NCBI RefSeq assembly: GCF_001194135.2
Contig: NC_068989.1
Location: 15,752,595 to 15,816,594 of the forward strand
Length of the DNA: 64,000 nt
Source of the DNA: Octopus bimaculoides
Lineage: Eukaryota
Reading direction: 5' to 3'
In this document: piece after piece, positions 13,335 through 26,150 of the stretch
Numbering within the stretch: position 1 is the first letter of the stretch
How the letters are laid out: each line of letters opens with the position of its first letter
Translations under genes and position numbers: made by a program
Notes under the pieces: generated by a model
Database searches by the model: none
The model's input: only the letters and a program-made list of their open reading frames with translations
What the model was told of the DNA's origin: nothing

Positions 13335-14285
13335 GTTAGAATATCTCTGTTCAAGATAGAAGCAGCATACGAATCAAAAGGTAGTGTTTATTGCCACTTT
13401 GATGTGGGTGTTCTCTAACAGACGACAATACTGCTGTTTTAACCCTACGAAGAAAATCTCTTCCACTTGCTTTATTCAGTGCGCTTTCAGCACTTATTGC
13501 AAGCAAGAGATAACACCTGCCACCCTAGCTTGGAGACCACCAGACCACGTGATTTTGATCTTATTGGATCTGTTCGGTTGTGGGCACTCGTTTTCCACGC
13601 ATGCCGGTAGTTTAATCTCGCTTTCAATATATAAAAAAAAACAGTGTTGTACAATCACTGATTTTCTAACTAGAAAACTAGTCCATTAGAAAATCAGTAA
13701 TTGTATAAGACTAAGGCGGTTAGCTGGCAGAATCGTTAACACGCCGCGCGAAATGCTTAGCGGTATTTCGTCTGCCGCTACGTTCTGAGTTCAAATTCCG
13801 CCGAGGTCGACTTTGCCTTTCATCCTTTCGGGGTCGATTAAATAAGTACCAGTTACGCACTGGGGTCGACGTAATCGACTTAAACCCTTTGTTTGTCCTT
13901 GTTTGTCCCTTCTATGTTTAGCCCCTTGTGGGCAGTAAAGAAATAAGTAATTGTATAACACAGCATTTTCTATATATCGCAAGCGAGGTCAAACTCTGGC
14001 ATGCCTGGCAAACGAGTGCCCACCACCTAACAGATCCAATAAGATCAAAATCAGGTGGTCTGGTGGTCTCCAAGCTAGGGTGGTAGGTGTTATCTCTTGC
14101 TTGCAATAAATATTGATTGCTGAAAGCGCACTGAATGAAGCAGCTGGAGGAGATATCTTCGTAGGGTTAAGACAGCAGTATTGTCGTCTGCTAGAGAACA
14201 CCCACGTCAAAGTGGCGATAGACACTACCTTTTGATTCGTATACTGCTTCTATCTCGAACAGAGATATTCTAACAGACTAGTTTT

Positions 14286-14287
<2 letters not shown>
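13335..14287. mobile_element. Inverted dimer of a ~350 bp TIR-bounded MITE-like element, right copy carrying a SINE insertion
   Basis: 13335-13669 is the reverse complement of 13683-14274 once the SINE is removed. The right copy has 20-bp TIRs (13672-13691 and 14268-14287, 17/20 match). Confidence 0.75.
13709..13945 (+). mobile_element. Full-length tRNA-derived SINE (Meta-domain type) with 13-bp TSD
   Basis: Pol III A-box-like (TAGCTGGCAGAATCG) and B-box-like (GAGTTCAAATTCC) head, central GTCGACTTTGCCTTTCATCCTTTCGGGGTCGAT domain, and TSD AGTAATTGTATAA at 13696-13708 and 13946-13958. Confidence 0.9.
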
Positions 14288-14321
<34 letters not shown>

Positions 14322-14341
14322 TCATATGCATATATTTGTAG

Positions 14342-14372
<31 letters not shown>

Positions 14373-14534
14373 GAAATAGACAAAAAGTTAGCTAGAGGGA
14401 TAAATAGATAGATATGATTACATAGCTACTGTAAATCTATAAGTAGGGTATGTGTGTGCATGTGTGTGTTTGTGAGCGTGCACGTATGGATATACATATA
14501 TATATGTGTGTGTGTATCGTGTATGTGTCTGTAT

Positions 14535-14565
<31 letters not shown>

Positions 14566-14609
14566 CATATATGTATATATGCACTTGCATACACAAATAT
14601 AAACGTATG

Positions 14610-15880
14610 TACGAGGAAGTATCAAAAAGTTCCCGGAGTAGTTCTGGGGCGCCAACAGATGCAAGCACATGATTGTGTCCACAGTGAGAGTTAGCAGTGC
14701 CCTTCGTTAGGCAGTATGCCGAGTGACATCACTGTGTTTGCTTCGCAAGTTGTGAAATTTGTGTTTTTGCGATTTCGATATTTGCTGTAGTCTGCGATTT
14801 TGTCAAGGACAGAAAGTTGGAAGAAAGAACCAGCGTGAAATTTTGTGTTAAACTTAGGAAGTTTGTTACAGAGACATTGAACATGCTTCGGCAAGCTTCG
14901 GCAAGCTTCGGCAATGTTTCGAGTGGCATGGGCGCTCCAAAAGCTGAAGGATGTTCCTGAAACACGATGAGCTATCTGGAAGTCCTGCCACGAGCTTCAA
15001 CTCCGGCAATGTGGAGAAAATTTATCAGTTTGTGCATGAGGATCATCGGAAACAATCAATGATATTTCTGATGTTGTTGCTCTGTCGTATGGGTAACCTC
15101 TGTCGTAACGTCTGAATTGAACATGCAGCGTATCTCTACCAAGTTTGTTACCCGCTTGCTGACCACTATGCGGAATTAACATTGCGCCGAAGTCTGTCAA
15201 GATTTCCGTTAGCGTGCCGCAGATGACCCATCTTTCATGTCAAGGATCATCACCGGTGACGAGAGTTGGGTCTACGGGTACGACCCTGATACGAAGCAGC
15301 AGTCGTTACGATGGAAGAGCCCTTCATCTCCACGACCGAAAAACGCAAGACATAGCCGCAGGTCAATCAAGAGCATCTGCATCGATTTTTCGACATCCGC
15401 GTTATTGCGTTTTTGTGCATCGAGAATTCGTCGATTGAGAGTTCTACTGGAACGTTTTGAGGCGTTTGAGGGAGGACATTCGGATCTGTGTTACGCGAAG
15501 AATTAGATTCTTCACGACGACAATCCATCCTGTCACCGAACTCTCTTCACTCGCGAGTTTCTCGCCAAAAACATGGTGTCGCTTCCACACCCGCCCTATT
15601 TGCCAGATTTAACACCTATGGACTTCCATATCTTCCCCAAGATGAAAATGCAGTTCAAAGATCACCGTTTTAACACAGCTGTCGAGATCCTGAGCGAATC
15701 GCAGAAAGTTCTCGACTCGCTTACGGAAAAACGACTTCCAGGCTGGATTCCAAAAGCGGCAGGAACGCTGGGACCGATGTATTGCTGCGCAAGGTGACTA
15801 TTTCGGAGGAGATGATGTTAAAACTTAGGTGAATAAGTTATCTTTTATTAAACGTAAATAGTCTGATATCACCTCGAGTA
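14610..15880 (+). mobile_element. Near full-length, decayed mariner (DD34D-type) transposon
   Basis: Fragments RTSVKFCVKL...ETLNMLRQA, RIITGDESWVYGYDP.TKQQS..WKSPSSPRPK and PHPPYLPDLTPMDFHIFPKMK. Left end TACGAGGAAGTATCAAAAAGTTCCCGG; partly deleted right end TGATATCACCTCGAGTA. Confidence 0.9.
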
Positions 15881-16120
15881 TAAACTTATTTCTAATGATG
15901 TACAATGTTGTGCAATGTTTTACAGGACTAACCTCTTTTCAAAATAGTGAAACTACTGAATAAATTATAAACTAGATTTAGATACTTTTAAGTGATATAT
16001 ATGCAAGCTTTCTTTCTTTTCATTCTTTCCAACTTTATTCTGTCTGGGTTGTGGTATTCCATCCCCTTTTACACACATACACAAGCACACACATCCGAAT
16101 GTATATACAAACACGCATAC

Positions 16121-16178
<58 letters not shown>

Positions 16179-16545
16179 CTATATAGTACATGTATGTATG
16201 TTAATATATGCAAATATATTTTATCAGTGTATAAATGAAATATGAGTAGATGTCGCCTATATATTTGATAAACAATTATGTTATAGAAATAGATTATTAG
16301 AATATATAGACTTGTGTGCTGGGGGATTAGTTATGCGATAGCGTGTGTTATACACCAATCAACTGATTTTGTACTTGCAATTAGAATTTAAAAAATTTTT
16401 TTAATGTGGGCGTTATTGAAATTTAAAAGCAACACGCAAGAGAGTTAAGCATAATCATATCACAATTCATATTTTTAATATAACAGTGACAACAGAATTG
16501 GGTGTAGCTTTTCGGTCTTAATCACAACTGGGGAAAGCAACGAAT

Positions 16546-16780
16546 TACAGTAATCCCTCGCCATATAGCGGTTCACCTATCACGGTTCACTTATCGCGGT
16601 TTATTATTTAAGCTTACGTCAATTCCTCCATGGTGTTCTTTTGCATTTATAATAAAATTAATATATACGAATTATAAATTTTTTAAAAATATATACAGTA
16701 CAATAGTTTATACTTCGCGGATTTTAACCTATCACGGGGGTGGGAAACGTAACATCCGCGATAGTCAAGGGATTACTGCA
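16546..16780. mobile_element. Tigger/pogo-like MITE
   Basis: Left end TA-CAGTAATCCCTCG; right end CAAGGGATTACTG-CA. Length ~230 bp, no coding capacity. Confidence 0.75.
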
Positions 16781-16899
16781 CGTGGAAAGTTTTTGTAGGT
16801 ATTATAGATGATAATCTTAGCACTTTTAGATAATTATAGTAGAGTTAAAAAAACTATAGTGTTTGCTGTTATTAGAACGATTATTTATGGTCGGTTAAG

Positions 16900-17600
16900 G
16901 AAGAAGGGTGAGAGATTGTAGCATTTCACTGGTAGAAATATCGGTTTAAGTCTAAGTTACGGCTGAGTATTTAGGTCTTGAAAAAGAGAATTTTAGGAAT
17001 CAGTGTTGGCAAGTTTTGTTGTGTGCTTGACACGATTGTGCATGGGACAATACTTTCCAGTAAATGATAGATTGGCTATTTTTTAAGTTCAGTGTTTCAG
17101 TAGGGTATGAATTTCCCTGTTTGTGTTTGGAAATGTATTCGTTTGTTGGTTGTATCCTGTTTTGAACCAGCTTGCAGTTGTCCCTACTTATGTGGTTGTG
17201 GTTGGTGTTGTAGAGTTGGTGTTTACAGCTGTGAAATAGATAATATTACTTGTAGGACAATTTATGCATGGAGAGCAAGGTGGTGGGATGTTAAAGTTGC
17301 ATTTGCTATGCCTGAGTACGTAGAAATATTTTTGCTAAACTAAAATGACTATGAGCAAGTTTTTATTTTTCTGTAATGCTCTCTGTATGTAATTATATTT
17401 GCATTTATTTTTATTGTAACGCAAAAATATTTTCATTATGATTTTTAAATTTGAATTTTGCCATGTTTCTGGGAAGTAAGATTTTGGGCTTTTGTGTATT
17501 GATAATTCTCATTTTTTGACTTAAGAACATACTCTCGGATGTTTAACTGTATTTTCTTGCAATTCTAGACTCATGTGCAACAAATAGAAAAAGCAGCTCT
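16900..17600 (-). mobile_element. Penelope-like element remnant (RT C-terminus + GIY-YIG endonuclease)
   Basis: Manual minus-strand translation gives ...NMAK...KNHN..., CINCPTSNIIY.TAV...VGTTASWFKTGYNQ.TNTF...IYWKVLSHA...NKTC, the PLE GIY-YIG pattern. Heavily decayed. Confidence 0.65.
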
Positions 17601-17619
17601 AATAGATCTAGCCAGAACA

Positions 17620-18420
17620 TTGGAATGGACACGATTTCTTGTTCTAAGGTTTGTGCTCTGATAAAAAGATGACTGCCTCTCCCTGAATGTGAACATGCTA
17701 CATAGAACTCACTATGCGAGAAATGAGGAATGTCAGATCAATCCCTGGGGCATTTCACAAACACTTGTTGATTTCCAGAGAAAGAGATTACTACTCTAGA
17801 AACTGAAGTCGCTACAACTGAAACAGCATATTGGATTGGACGAGGGAATTGCGAGGAATGGACACATACACTTTTTGAGTACAACCAAAGGATTGGTGAA
17901 CGGACCGCACAAGGCAAACTATTTTTGATGCATCCAAATTCTTTAACAACAAAAAATGAGTTCTCAGTTTTAGTTGCAGATTGTGAGAAAGTAAATCAAT
18001 AAACTGAGATGAATTTATACTCAGTATAGGATAGATAGACATATTTATGACTGCTCCATAATTTTTATTGTATTATGACTCTTCCAAGCGTAGTACAAAG
18101 TAGCAGCTAACCATTGCTCCCAATTGAAATAAAACTTCTGTAAACTAGTCTACTCTGAAATTTCTGTGAAACACAGCCCCCATGTTGTTAGTGAAGTGAA
18201 AATTTTTTTTTCTTGTTTTCAAATACAGATTTCTTTAAGTCTTAGTCTCAACATATCTTAGGTGTGTATTTCATGACAAATATCTTTTTGTGAGACATTT
18301 TCAGTGTAATTTTTCACTTTGATTAACCACAGTGCTTTATTATTGTGCTTGGCAGCTTTTCCAAAACGTTTCTCCTGAAAATATCTTGTTTCCTTCAGGA
18401 TTCAGTCTTACCATTTCCAT
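17620..18420 (-). mobile_element. Helitron PIF1-like helicase C-terminal remnant
   Basis: LSHNLQLKL...LLLKNLDASK, IPRNSLVQSNMLFQL*RLQF, GIDL and FSHSEFYVACSHSG correspond to the Helitron motifs PPHNL.LK...LLRNL, IPRIP.IP...F.FKRLQFP and FSHGQLYVACSRVG. Confidence 0.75.
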
Positions 18421-19515
18421 CAAAAATATAAAATAGGTGTTTCTAGTTTGATAGAAAAAGACAATATTGCTTAAAATAGTTACTTCTTCCTTCATATTTT
18501 AGCAGTTTTTGCCTTTACTTTCTGCTATTGTTCTTCAATTATTGTCCCATTTAACTTTTTCTTACGTGATAAATTTCCTCTGGTCTAACCTATTCTTCTG
18601 TTTTTCACTTATCTTTCTTCTACTGGTCCACTTCATTGGGTCGCTAATCTCCATTAGTATCTGCCTTTACCACCGGGTTACTTGCTGATCCTTCTTTTTC
18701 CTGTTTATTTTCCACCAACAAATCTGTAAGATCGACACCCGCTAATACCAATGTGTTTGCATCTTTAATGATAATTCTATCAATCATACTGTTCTCTATT
18801 GATATGTTTTCTTTAAACTTGGTTCGATCCACCACAAATTAACTAAATTTGAAACCTCATGTAGCTGCACCTTCTACCTTTATTTTTCAAGGCACTTTTG
18901 TTGATCTATAACAAGACAATCTACATTAAATTCTTTTTCATCTTGCATACTATTTGGTGCCTTTGATTCAAGTGTGAGCATCGTATTCTCCTACTTGACT
19001 TTGATGGCTGCAGATCACGGTTCTCTAACGAGTTATTGACATCAATCTCGCTCTGATATGTTGGTTCTTGTAATTTTAATTTGATCTTTCGCTGTATTTC
19101 TTCAGTTTCTAAGCTAGAAATTTTTTTTCTAATCCTGATACACAATACTTAACATAAGACTCTCGTATCGATTCAGATCTCCAGCATTCGTTTTAGGAAT
19201 ACTCGCTTTCATGGTTCAGTTTACTAGACAACATTCCATTGCTGCTTTTGTTAATTTCTTTTCTCCACTTAACTCTTTGCACAACATTAATGGAAAGACG
19301 ATCGGCACTGTACCACAGAACACCTACCGGGAGAGAGACATTACCATTTTCATTGAAATCTGTTTGACATGAAGCAGTCGTATCAGGCGTGGGATTTCAA
19401 AGTTACAATATCTGTCCTTGTTTTCATTTCGAGACACTATCTCTGAGAGTCGCTGATTATGCTTAATAAAGTTTATCGTTGCCATCATCATCGTCATCAT
19501 CATCATCATCATCAT

Positions 19516-19804
19516 TCAGTAGTCTTATTTTTATCACGTGCTTTCACTGCACTACCGAGCACAGCTCTGTGTGCCTTGGGTATGTGCTGTGATTTGTTGT
19601 CATGGTCTTACTTTTACTGTATTGAAAGTGTTTTACGTAAGATGTGTGCGGTGTCTAGTAATGCTATTTTTCTGTATGTTATATATACTTGTTAGTCCTG
19701 GTATTTTTGTTCCGTATTTGTCTGAATATTTTTTATCATACCTAATGCGCCTACTATGATAGGAATTGTTTCTGTTATGATAGGAATTGTTTCGGTTTTT
19801 AGAC
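19516..19804 (-). mobile_element. Short 3' fragment of R4/Dong-like family A with (TGA)n tail
   Basis: Reverse complement aligns to 1-290, and contains a ~19-bp internal tandem duplication (TATGATAGGAATTGTTTC). Confidence 0.85.
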
Positions 19805-19910
19805 TTAGCAGCATTTCGTCTGTCTTTAAGTTCTGAGTTCAATTTCCGCCATGGTCGAATTTGCCTTTCATCCTTTCGGGGTCTCAAGGACCCAACATTA
19901 ATTGGTACTA
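19805..19910 (+). mobile_element. Meta-type SINE fragment
   Basis: Aligns to 13760-13850. Confidence 0.75.
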
Positions 19911-20091
19911 TCTTCACCTTCTTCATTTTCCATTACCAGGCTATTTCGTACTTAAGTGGGTTGTATCTATCTATCTTTTCACCTTCCTTCTTGACTATTC
20001 GTGAGTCAAAGGGGCATGCAACATCAACTATATAGCATATGTGGTGCACCTTGCTTACCACCACTAGGTTCGGTCTGTTATGCTCTAGCTC

Positions 20092-20148
<57 letters not shown>

Positions 20149-20151
<3 letters not shown>

Positions 20152-22135
20152 ATAGTCTTATTTTTATCACGCGCTTTCACTGCACTACCGACCGCAGCTC
20201 TGTGTGCCTTGGGTATGTGTTGTGGTTTGTTGTGATGCTCTTATTGTTACTGTATTGAAAGAGTTTTACGTAGGATGTGTGCGGTGCCTAGTAGTACTAT
20301 TTTCTGTATGTTATATATACTTGTTAGTCCTGGTGTTTCTGTTTATGTATTTGTCTGAATATTTTTTTTATCATACCTAATGCCCCTACTATGATAGGAT
20401 TTTTTTCTGATTTTAGACTCCCACATTCGAATTACCTCTATTTTCAGGTCTTTGCATTTTGAAAGTTTCTCCATTTCTTTTAGAGAAACGTTGTCATCTG
20501 TTGGTGTTGGTACAGCGATTAGAAAGCATTTTTTCTTGATGATCTCTGACAACTATATCCGGTCTATTGGCCTTAATTTCTCTATGTGTGTATTGGCATA
20601 ACCCATAGTATGGTTGCTTTCTCATTTTCTGTAACCTTTTCTGGCGTGTGACTATACCATCTTTTTTCTGTTGTTATTCCATAGTGTAGGCATAGCTTCC
20701 AGTGTATATAGGTCCCAACTCTGTCGTGTCTGTGAATATATTCCTTCTTATCCAGGACTAGGCAACCAGAGACAATATGATTTATTGTTTCTTGTCCATC
20801 GCCACATATTCTGCAGCTACTTATGTTTCTTTTCGTTATATGTTTTTGGTAATTTCTGGTGGTAAGGTTTTGGTCTTGTGCTGCAATTAAAAATCTTTCA
20901 GTCTCTGCTTTGAGTCCTGAGTTTTTCAGCCATTGTTGGGATTTTGCATTGTCTATTTCTTTTGCGTTTTGGTTAACCCAGTGTTACACAGGGAGGGGGT
21001 GATATTGAGAAATATTCTTTTGCTATTGGCTGGGTTTGAAACAGTGCTCTAGTTATTCATGTCAGCGAGATTTCGATTGTCTTGTTAGAAAGCACAGTTT
21101 TTTTATAACTGTAAGCACTTGATCTCTTGACCGCTACGGTCACGGAGAGTTTAAAACAACGACAGAGAACCCAGTTTCGAAGGTAAACACGCACTGTGTT
21201 ACATGCGATTTACCTATCTTTCTGACTGCATCGCTTGATATATACAGCTAGCCCTCGATTTGCGAGGACAGCTGGACAACACGAATGAGACCAGCCAACT
21301 AGCAGGGGACACGCACATTTTACGCAGTGGGGCTACAGTGTTACGGAAGGAAGAAAGCAAAGGGGCGCGAACGACACAACTAGGGAAGTAAACATCGCAG
21401 AAGTAAATAAAAAAAACTATCTGTTGTTAAATGTTGTTGTTAAATGTTTTTTTTAAAAAAATAGAAGTAAAGAACTATCGTTGTGAAATGTTTTTAAAAG
21501 AAAAAGAAGAAAAGAACTGTCTGTGTTGTTTTGCTTTTAAGGAAAACGAAAGAAAAAAAGAACTTTCCAAAGAACTGTCTGTTTTTAAGTGTTTAAAAAA
21601 ATTTACTTTGACTATACGCAATGGTTTTGCTTTGTTGCTGGCGGCTCTTCGGGCTTCTTCACTGCTTTATCTTCTGTTCTGAGCGGTTTTGACTTACTGA
21701 GCGTTGGCGCACGCGGTTTTCCAAGTTAGCAAACTGCAGGCTGTTTATGTTGGAACCTGTGGTGGTATCAGAGGGCTGCGTGTGTCGTAACACCAGTGTT
21801 TGCCATGAAGTGACTTTTCTTGACATCGTTTTGTCATGATCCGTTGCTGTTTTAGTTTGGATTTCAGTTATTTTAGAGCTTTTGTTGTTTCTTCTTTTTC
21901 TTCATAGTTTTTAGGTAGTATGACTTCTTTTTTGTATTTATCAACTTCTTTAAAGACTGCAACTTTTTTGTTTTGTTGTTTTGTTCGTGTTTTGTGGCTA
22001 TTTGTATTAGTTTTCCTTGCTTCTGAAGTAGGTACTTTTGTGGTCCTATGGTGGATATTTTGTAATAATTTTCTAGCTACATAAGGCCTCTACCTCCTTC
22101 CATACGTTGTATATATAACCAAATGATTCGGTTTC
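20149..22135 (-). mobile_element. R4/Dong-like family A copy (post-RT region, knuckle, RLE, 3' UTR, (TAA)n tail) interrupted by a solo LTR
   Basis: LYIQRMEGGRGLM...KLKQQRIMTKRCQEKSLHGKHW | VNQNAKEID...QWLKNSGLKAETE...AAQDQ...CRICGDGQETINHIVSGC...KKKCFLIAVPTPTDDNVSLKEMEKLSKCKDL. The frame is restored across the insertion. Confidence 0.88.
20982..21792. mobile_element. Solo LTR, 811 bp, probably Gypsy-type
   Basis: Starts TGTTAC and ends GTAACA (inverted termini, TG...CA). Flanked by the 4-bp TSD CCAG (20978-20981 and 21793-21796). TATATA at ~21239 and AATAAA at ~21406 on the plus strand. Confidence 0.85.
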
Positions 22136-22203
22136 TAGATTCAGAGGTCGGTGCAATTGACTTGAAATTGCTGGCCTCAGTTAAAATTAGAAAAGATGTA
22201 TTA

Positions 22204-22423
22204 AAGCGGTGATGTGGCGGAATCGTTAGCACGTCTGACAAAAGCCTTCGTGGTACTTCTGGTTCAGTTCGTTCTGAATTCAAATTTAATCGAGGTCAAC
22301 TTTGCCGTTCATTCTTTCAGGGTCGTTAAAATAAAGTAGTAGTCAAGTATTGGGGTGAATGTAATTGACTTGCCTTTCCTCTTAAAATTGCTAGCCTTAT
22401 GCCAAAAATGAAAAAGAATTATT
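22204..22423 (+). mobile_element. Meta-type SINE, older copy
   Basis: Diverged alignment to the head and central domain of 13709-13945, with a different tail. Confidence 0.8.
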
Positions 22424-23692
22424 AAGATTCATTACTTTCATTTGTTTAAGTTAGAAGTGTTGTTCTTTCGGTTCCGCAGTTTTCGTTTCTAAGCGTTGTT
22501 TAAATGTGGATAAGTTTTCTAATTTAATGTGATATAACCATTACAAAATAAATTATTTCTTGTTTCTTTTTCTCATTTGCCAAAAATACGTCTTTATAAG
22601 AATGTTTTTGTTTCAGTTTGTTTAATTTCTATCATATTTTAACAACTCATCTAAGAAAACACCAAGAAAGATATTTAATGAACAAAAACATATGCAAAGA
22701 CAACACGCACAAAACAGAAAAAAGCGATAAATGAAACTATGAATATTTTACAAAATAATGATATATTTGATGTTTGTGATAGAAATAATAATGCAAAAAA
22801 TTAATAAAAATATCATTACTGACAACACGCAAAAAGCAGAACAAAAACTTGTAAATGAAAACACGAACACTTTAAAAAATAATGATGTTCTTCTGACATA
22901 AATACGATCATACTGAAGAGTCGCTAAATATTAACAAATTGACAGCAGCTATAACAACGCACCACTTTTCACACACACATTGGCAAATGTAGAATCAAAT
23001 AAAGAGAATTTGAATTTGCGTGGATTCCTGATGAACAAGCAAGTTAGCAGAAGTGTGTTACGAAAGTCGCTCTCATTTTCTCACTTTCTTTCTGTCTGTG
23101 TCTCTCTTTCTACTTGCTCCAAGGTATTCTTCGAGAGAGAGAAAGTCGACATATTTCTAAATCACACACACAAGGATATAAGCTTTTGACCTTTGAAGCG
23201 CGTTCTATAATTTACTTGAGACAGGCACTAACCGACGTAAGGGATGTTTGTGTTTATTGAAACGAGTTAAAAAGTACGGTGCCGTCTGTCTACTTTTGGG
23301 GATTGATGAGCCCAGAAAACAGGCTGGAGTGTTAAAATCCACACCCTACACAGTGGACGGATACCATAATACAATGATGACATCGAGGTGCGCCACAAAT
23401 GACATTAGCCCCTGGTACGTTGTCCTCTTTGAGACATAATATGAGCAGGTCGGGAAAACCGAAGTGATGAAGAATGACCTCGGTAAGATTTGAACTCAGA
23501 ACAACGTACGGAGACAGAAGAAATATTGCTAAACGTTTTGTCTGATGTGGCCAGGAGGTTGAGTCTGAACTTGTGAATTCTTATGATCCCACAAAACTAC
23601 AATGACATTCCAGAACTGTGATCAGTCGTGGGCACTGAACCACGACTAGTGAGACTAACGCTGCAGAGAAGGTCTAGCTGTTATATTTAGGA

Positions 23693-23890
23693 GCAGTGTG
23701 TTGGCAGAATCGTTAACATGTTAGACAAAATGTTTAACAATATTTCTTCTGTCTCCTTGCGTTCTGAGTTCAAATGTCACCGAGGTCAGCTTTGCCTTTT
23801 TTCCCTTTCGAGGTCGATAAAATATAGTACTGGAGTTAACTTTGCCCCTCCCCACAAAACTGTTGGATTTGCGGCAAACATTGAAATCAT
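23693..23890 (+). mobile_element. Meta-type SINE, older copy
   Basis: TTGGCAGAATCGTTAAC...GTTCTGAGTTCAAATGTCACCGAGGTCAGCTTTGCC...CGAGGTCGATAAAAT. Confidence 0.75.
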
Positions 23891-23962
23891 CACTCGTAGT
23901 AATAGTAGTTGTAGCATCACCGTCAACGTCATCATCATCAACATCACCAACAGCAGCAGCAA

Positions 23963-24022
<60 letters not shown>

Positions 24023-24229
24023 CCGTAGCAGATTTGCTGAATGAGCAATGATCTGCGATATTTCACTACATGTTTACGCTCCACCTACAACCGGTTGACT
24101 TCGATTTTCATCGTTCACGATGATCAATAAATTCAATGAAAACCCAACCAGTCAAATAGTTGGGTTGATTTAATTTCAGGCTTTGTACCCAAATCAATAA
24201 TAAAAAAAAAACGAAAGATTTTCACAATT

Positions 24230-24520
24230 GCCATGTCCCACTAAAAAATAGACGTCAGTGATTGGTTGAAATTACAAAATTACGACAGCTTTAACATGAA
24301 ATAACTTGCGATGTACAAATTTTTGTTAAGAAGGCTAAGAGAAAAAGATGTTTTATATGACACATTCTACCAGTATCCCAAGTTTGAAAGTGTTTCGTTA
24401 AGAAAACAAGTGGTGCCCGTCAATTCAGAAAGATCCAAAAAATAGAAATAAAAGAACAAATTGTGGATTCTACGCCTCTTCACAATTTCCCCAAATCCCA
24501 CTTTAGGAATCACTGCTCTA
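24230..24520. mobile_element. Possible non-autonomous hAT (Charlie-like) element end
   Basis: Ends in CCCACTTTAGGAATCACTG, whose reverse complement CAGTGATTCCTAAAGTGGG resembles Charlie-type TIRs. The partner end was not found and the left boundary is a guess. Confidence 0.35.
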
Positions 24521-25299
24521 AGCAAATGACGATGTATAGATTCACTTGTTGCTGATGTGCATCAAATAGTTGGAGAAATTACCTTCACGTAACTTGACAA
24601 TACAGGTCTTAGCATCGACAACTCAGTGGCTCTAGACCTCGTTAACATGAGATATTANNNNNNNNNNNNNNNNNNNNNNNNNNNNNNNNNNNNNNNNNNN
24701 NNNNNNNNNNNNNNNNNNNNNNNNNNNNNNNNNNNNNNNNNNNNNNNNNNNNNNNNNNNNNNNNNNNNNNNNNNNNNNNNNNNNNNNNNNNNNNNNNNNN
24801 NNNNNNNNNNNNNNNNNNNNNNNNNNNNNNNNNNNNNNNNNNNNNNNNNNNNNNATATATATATATATATATATATAAGGGGCAACACTCTGAAACTAGT
24901 CTACTCTCTCTCTCTATATATATATTCATATATGTAGATGTCTTGATATAGTGTATATACAAAATGTATATAATATATACAAGTGTGTACATGCGCGTGT
25001 GTGTGTACAGAGAAGAGACAAAACTATATAAGAAAGATACACGTACACACACACACAAACACACACACAGATATTGATAGATAGATAGGTAGATTGATTG
25101 ATAAATAAACAAAAAAAAATGAGTATGTGCGTGTGTGTGTTTGTGTGTATGTATAGTATATCACGTTTATGTAAATTTTGTACATATATATATATAATAT
25201 GTATATGCATTATATACATAGTTTATATATAAATATAAATACGTAAGTCTATAGTATGTGCGATATAGAGAGCTACTATGCCATTATTAACCCGATCGT

Positions 25300-26150
25300 T
25301 CTTAATCAAGCCCTGGTTTATAGCATTAAAATTCCGATTTGTCTCGATGCGAAACCGATATTATACTTGCCGCGCTAGCCACTCTAATAGATTTTGTTGG
25401 TAGATTATGGAGTAAATTAGAGAGGGAGAACGCATTTGATATAGCAATGGGCTCGTAAAATTCTGCTCAGGTCACTGACCTTGTCGGTATATATATCCTT
25501 TCATTAATCTAGTCTTCCTTTCCGGAAGTAACAGGGGGTCTATATAGGGATGATACCTTATTTTGTCTGGACAGAAGTAGCAAAGTACAATTAGAAAGGC
25601 ATAGGAAAAATTTATTTAAGCTTTTTAAAAATTTAGGACTAAATATTACTATAGCTAAAGATTATCGTAGAATGAATTTTCTTGACGCTACTGGATTATT
25701 TGAACCATTTCATAAGCCAAATGATCATAAGTACATTACGTAGCATCCACACATTCACCTTCGATTATACGGGGATTAGTTAAGAATATTTCTACAAGAA
25801 TTTCTAGATTATCTGCTAATAATAAAATTTTCGAATCACATGCAACTTATTATAATGCTGCTCTAGCTAGGGCTGGGTACCGTGAAAAAATTCAATATAT
25901 AAGAAGTAGACATACACAACACTGTTAATTCCTTCAGTTGCGATACACATTGCACACCAACACCACATCATGGTTTGAGAACTCGCTCGGTCATGTCAAT
26001 GAACTACCAACGAAAACTCATAGACACGCGACATAATCCAACTGCTTGTTCCAATCCTGTACAACACGCCTGATCAAATAAGCCTAACAACAGATATAGG
26101 AATCAGGATGTCTTCTAGTTCAGCCCAATAATAATATGTACGAAGAAAAT
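25300..26150 (+). mobile_element. Penelope-like RT remnant
   Basis: FDIAMGS*NSAQVTDLVGIYIL...GLYRDD..LERHRKNLFKLFKNLGLNITI...NFLDA...PFHKPND...ISTRISRLSANNKIFESHATYYNAALARAGY matches PLE RT palm and thumb motifs. Confidence 0.8.

Noticed and set aside
20001-20090. ICGAPC motif reminiscent of a Frizzled linker
   Set aside because: Short, wedged between TE fragments and a microsatellite, with no splice or domain context.
21763-21773. TGGTATCAGAG, resembling a tRNA-Met primer binding site
   Set aside because: It lies inside the LTR, ~20 bp before its end, rather than just 3' of a CA terminus; likely coincidence.
22913-23070. Two partial hammerhead-like cores (CTGAAGA-GTC...GAC-AGCAGCTATAA and CTGATGA...CGAAAG)
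   Set aside because: The first has no GAAA, and neither has a pairing stem I; at most highly decayed copies.
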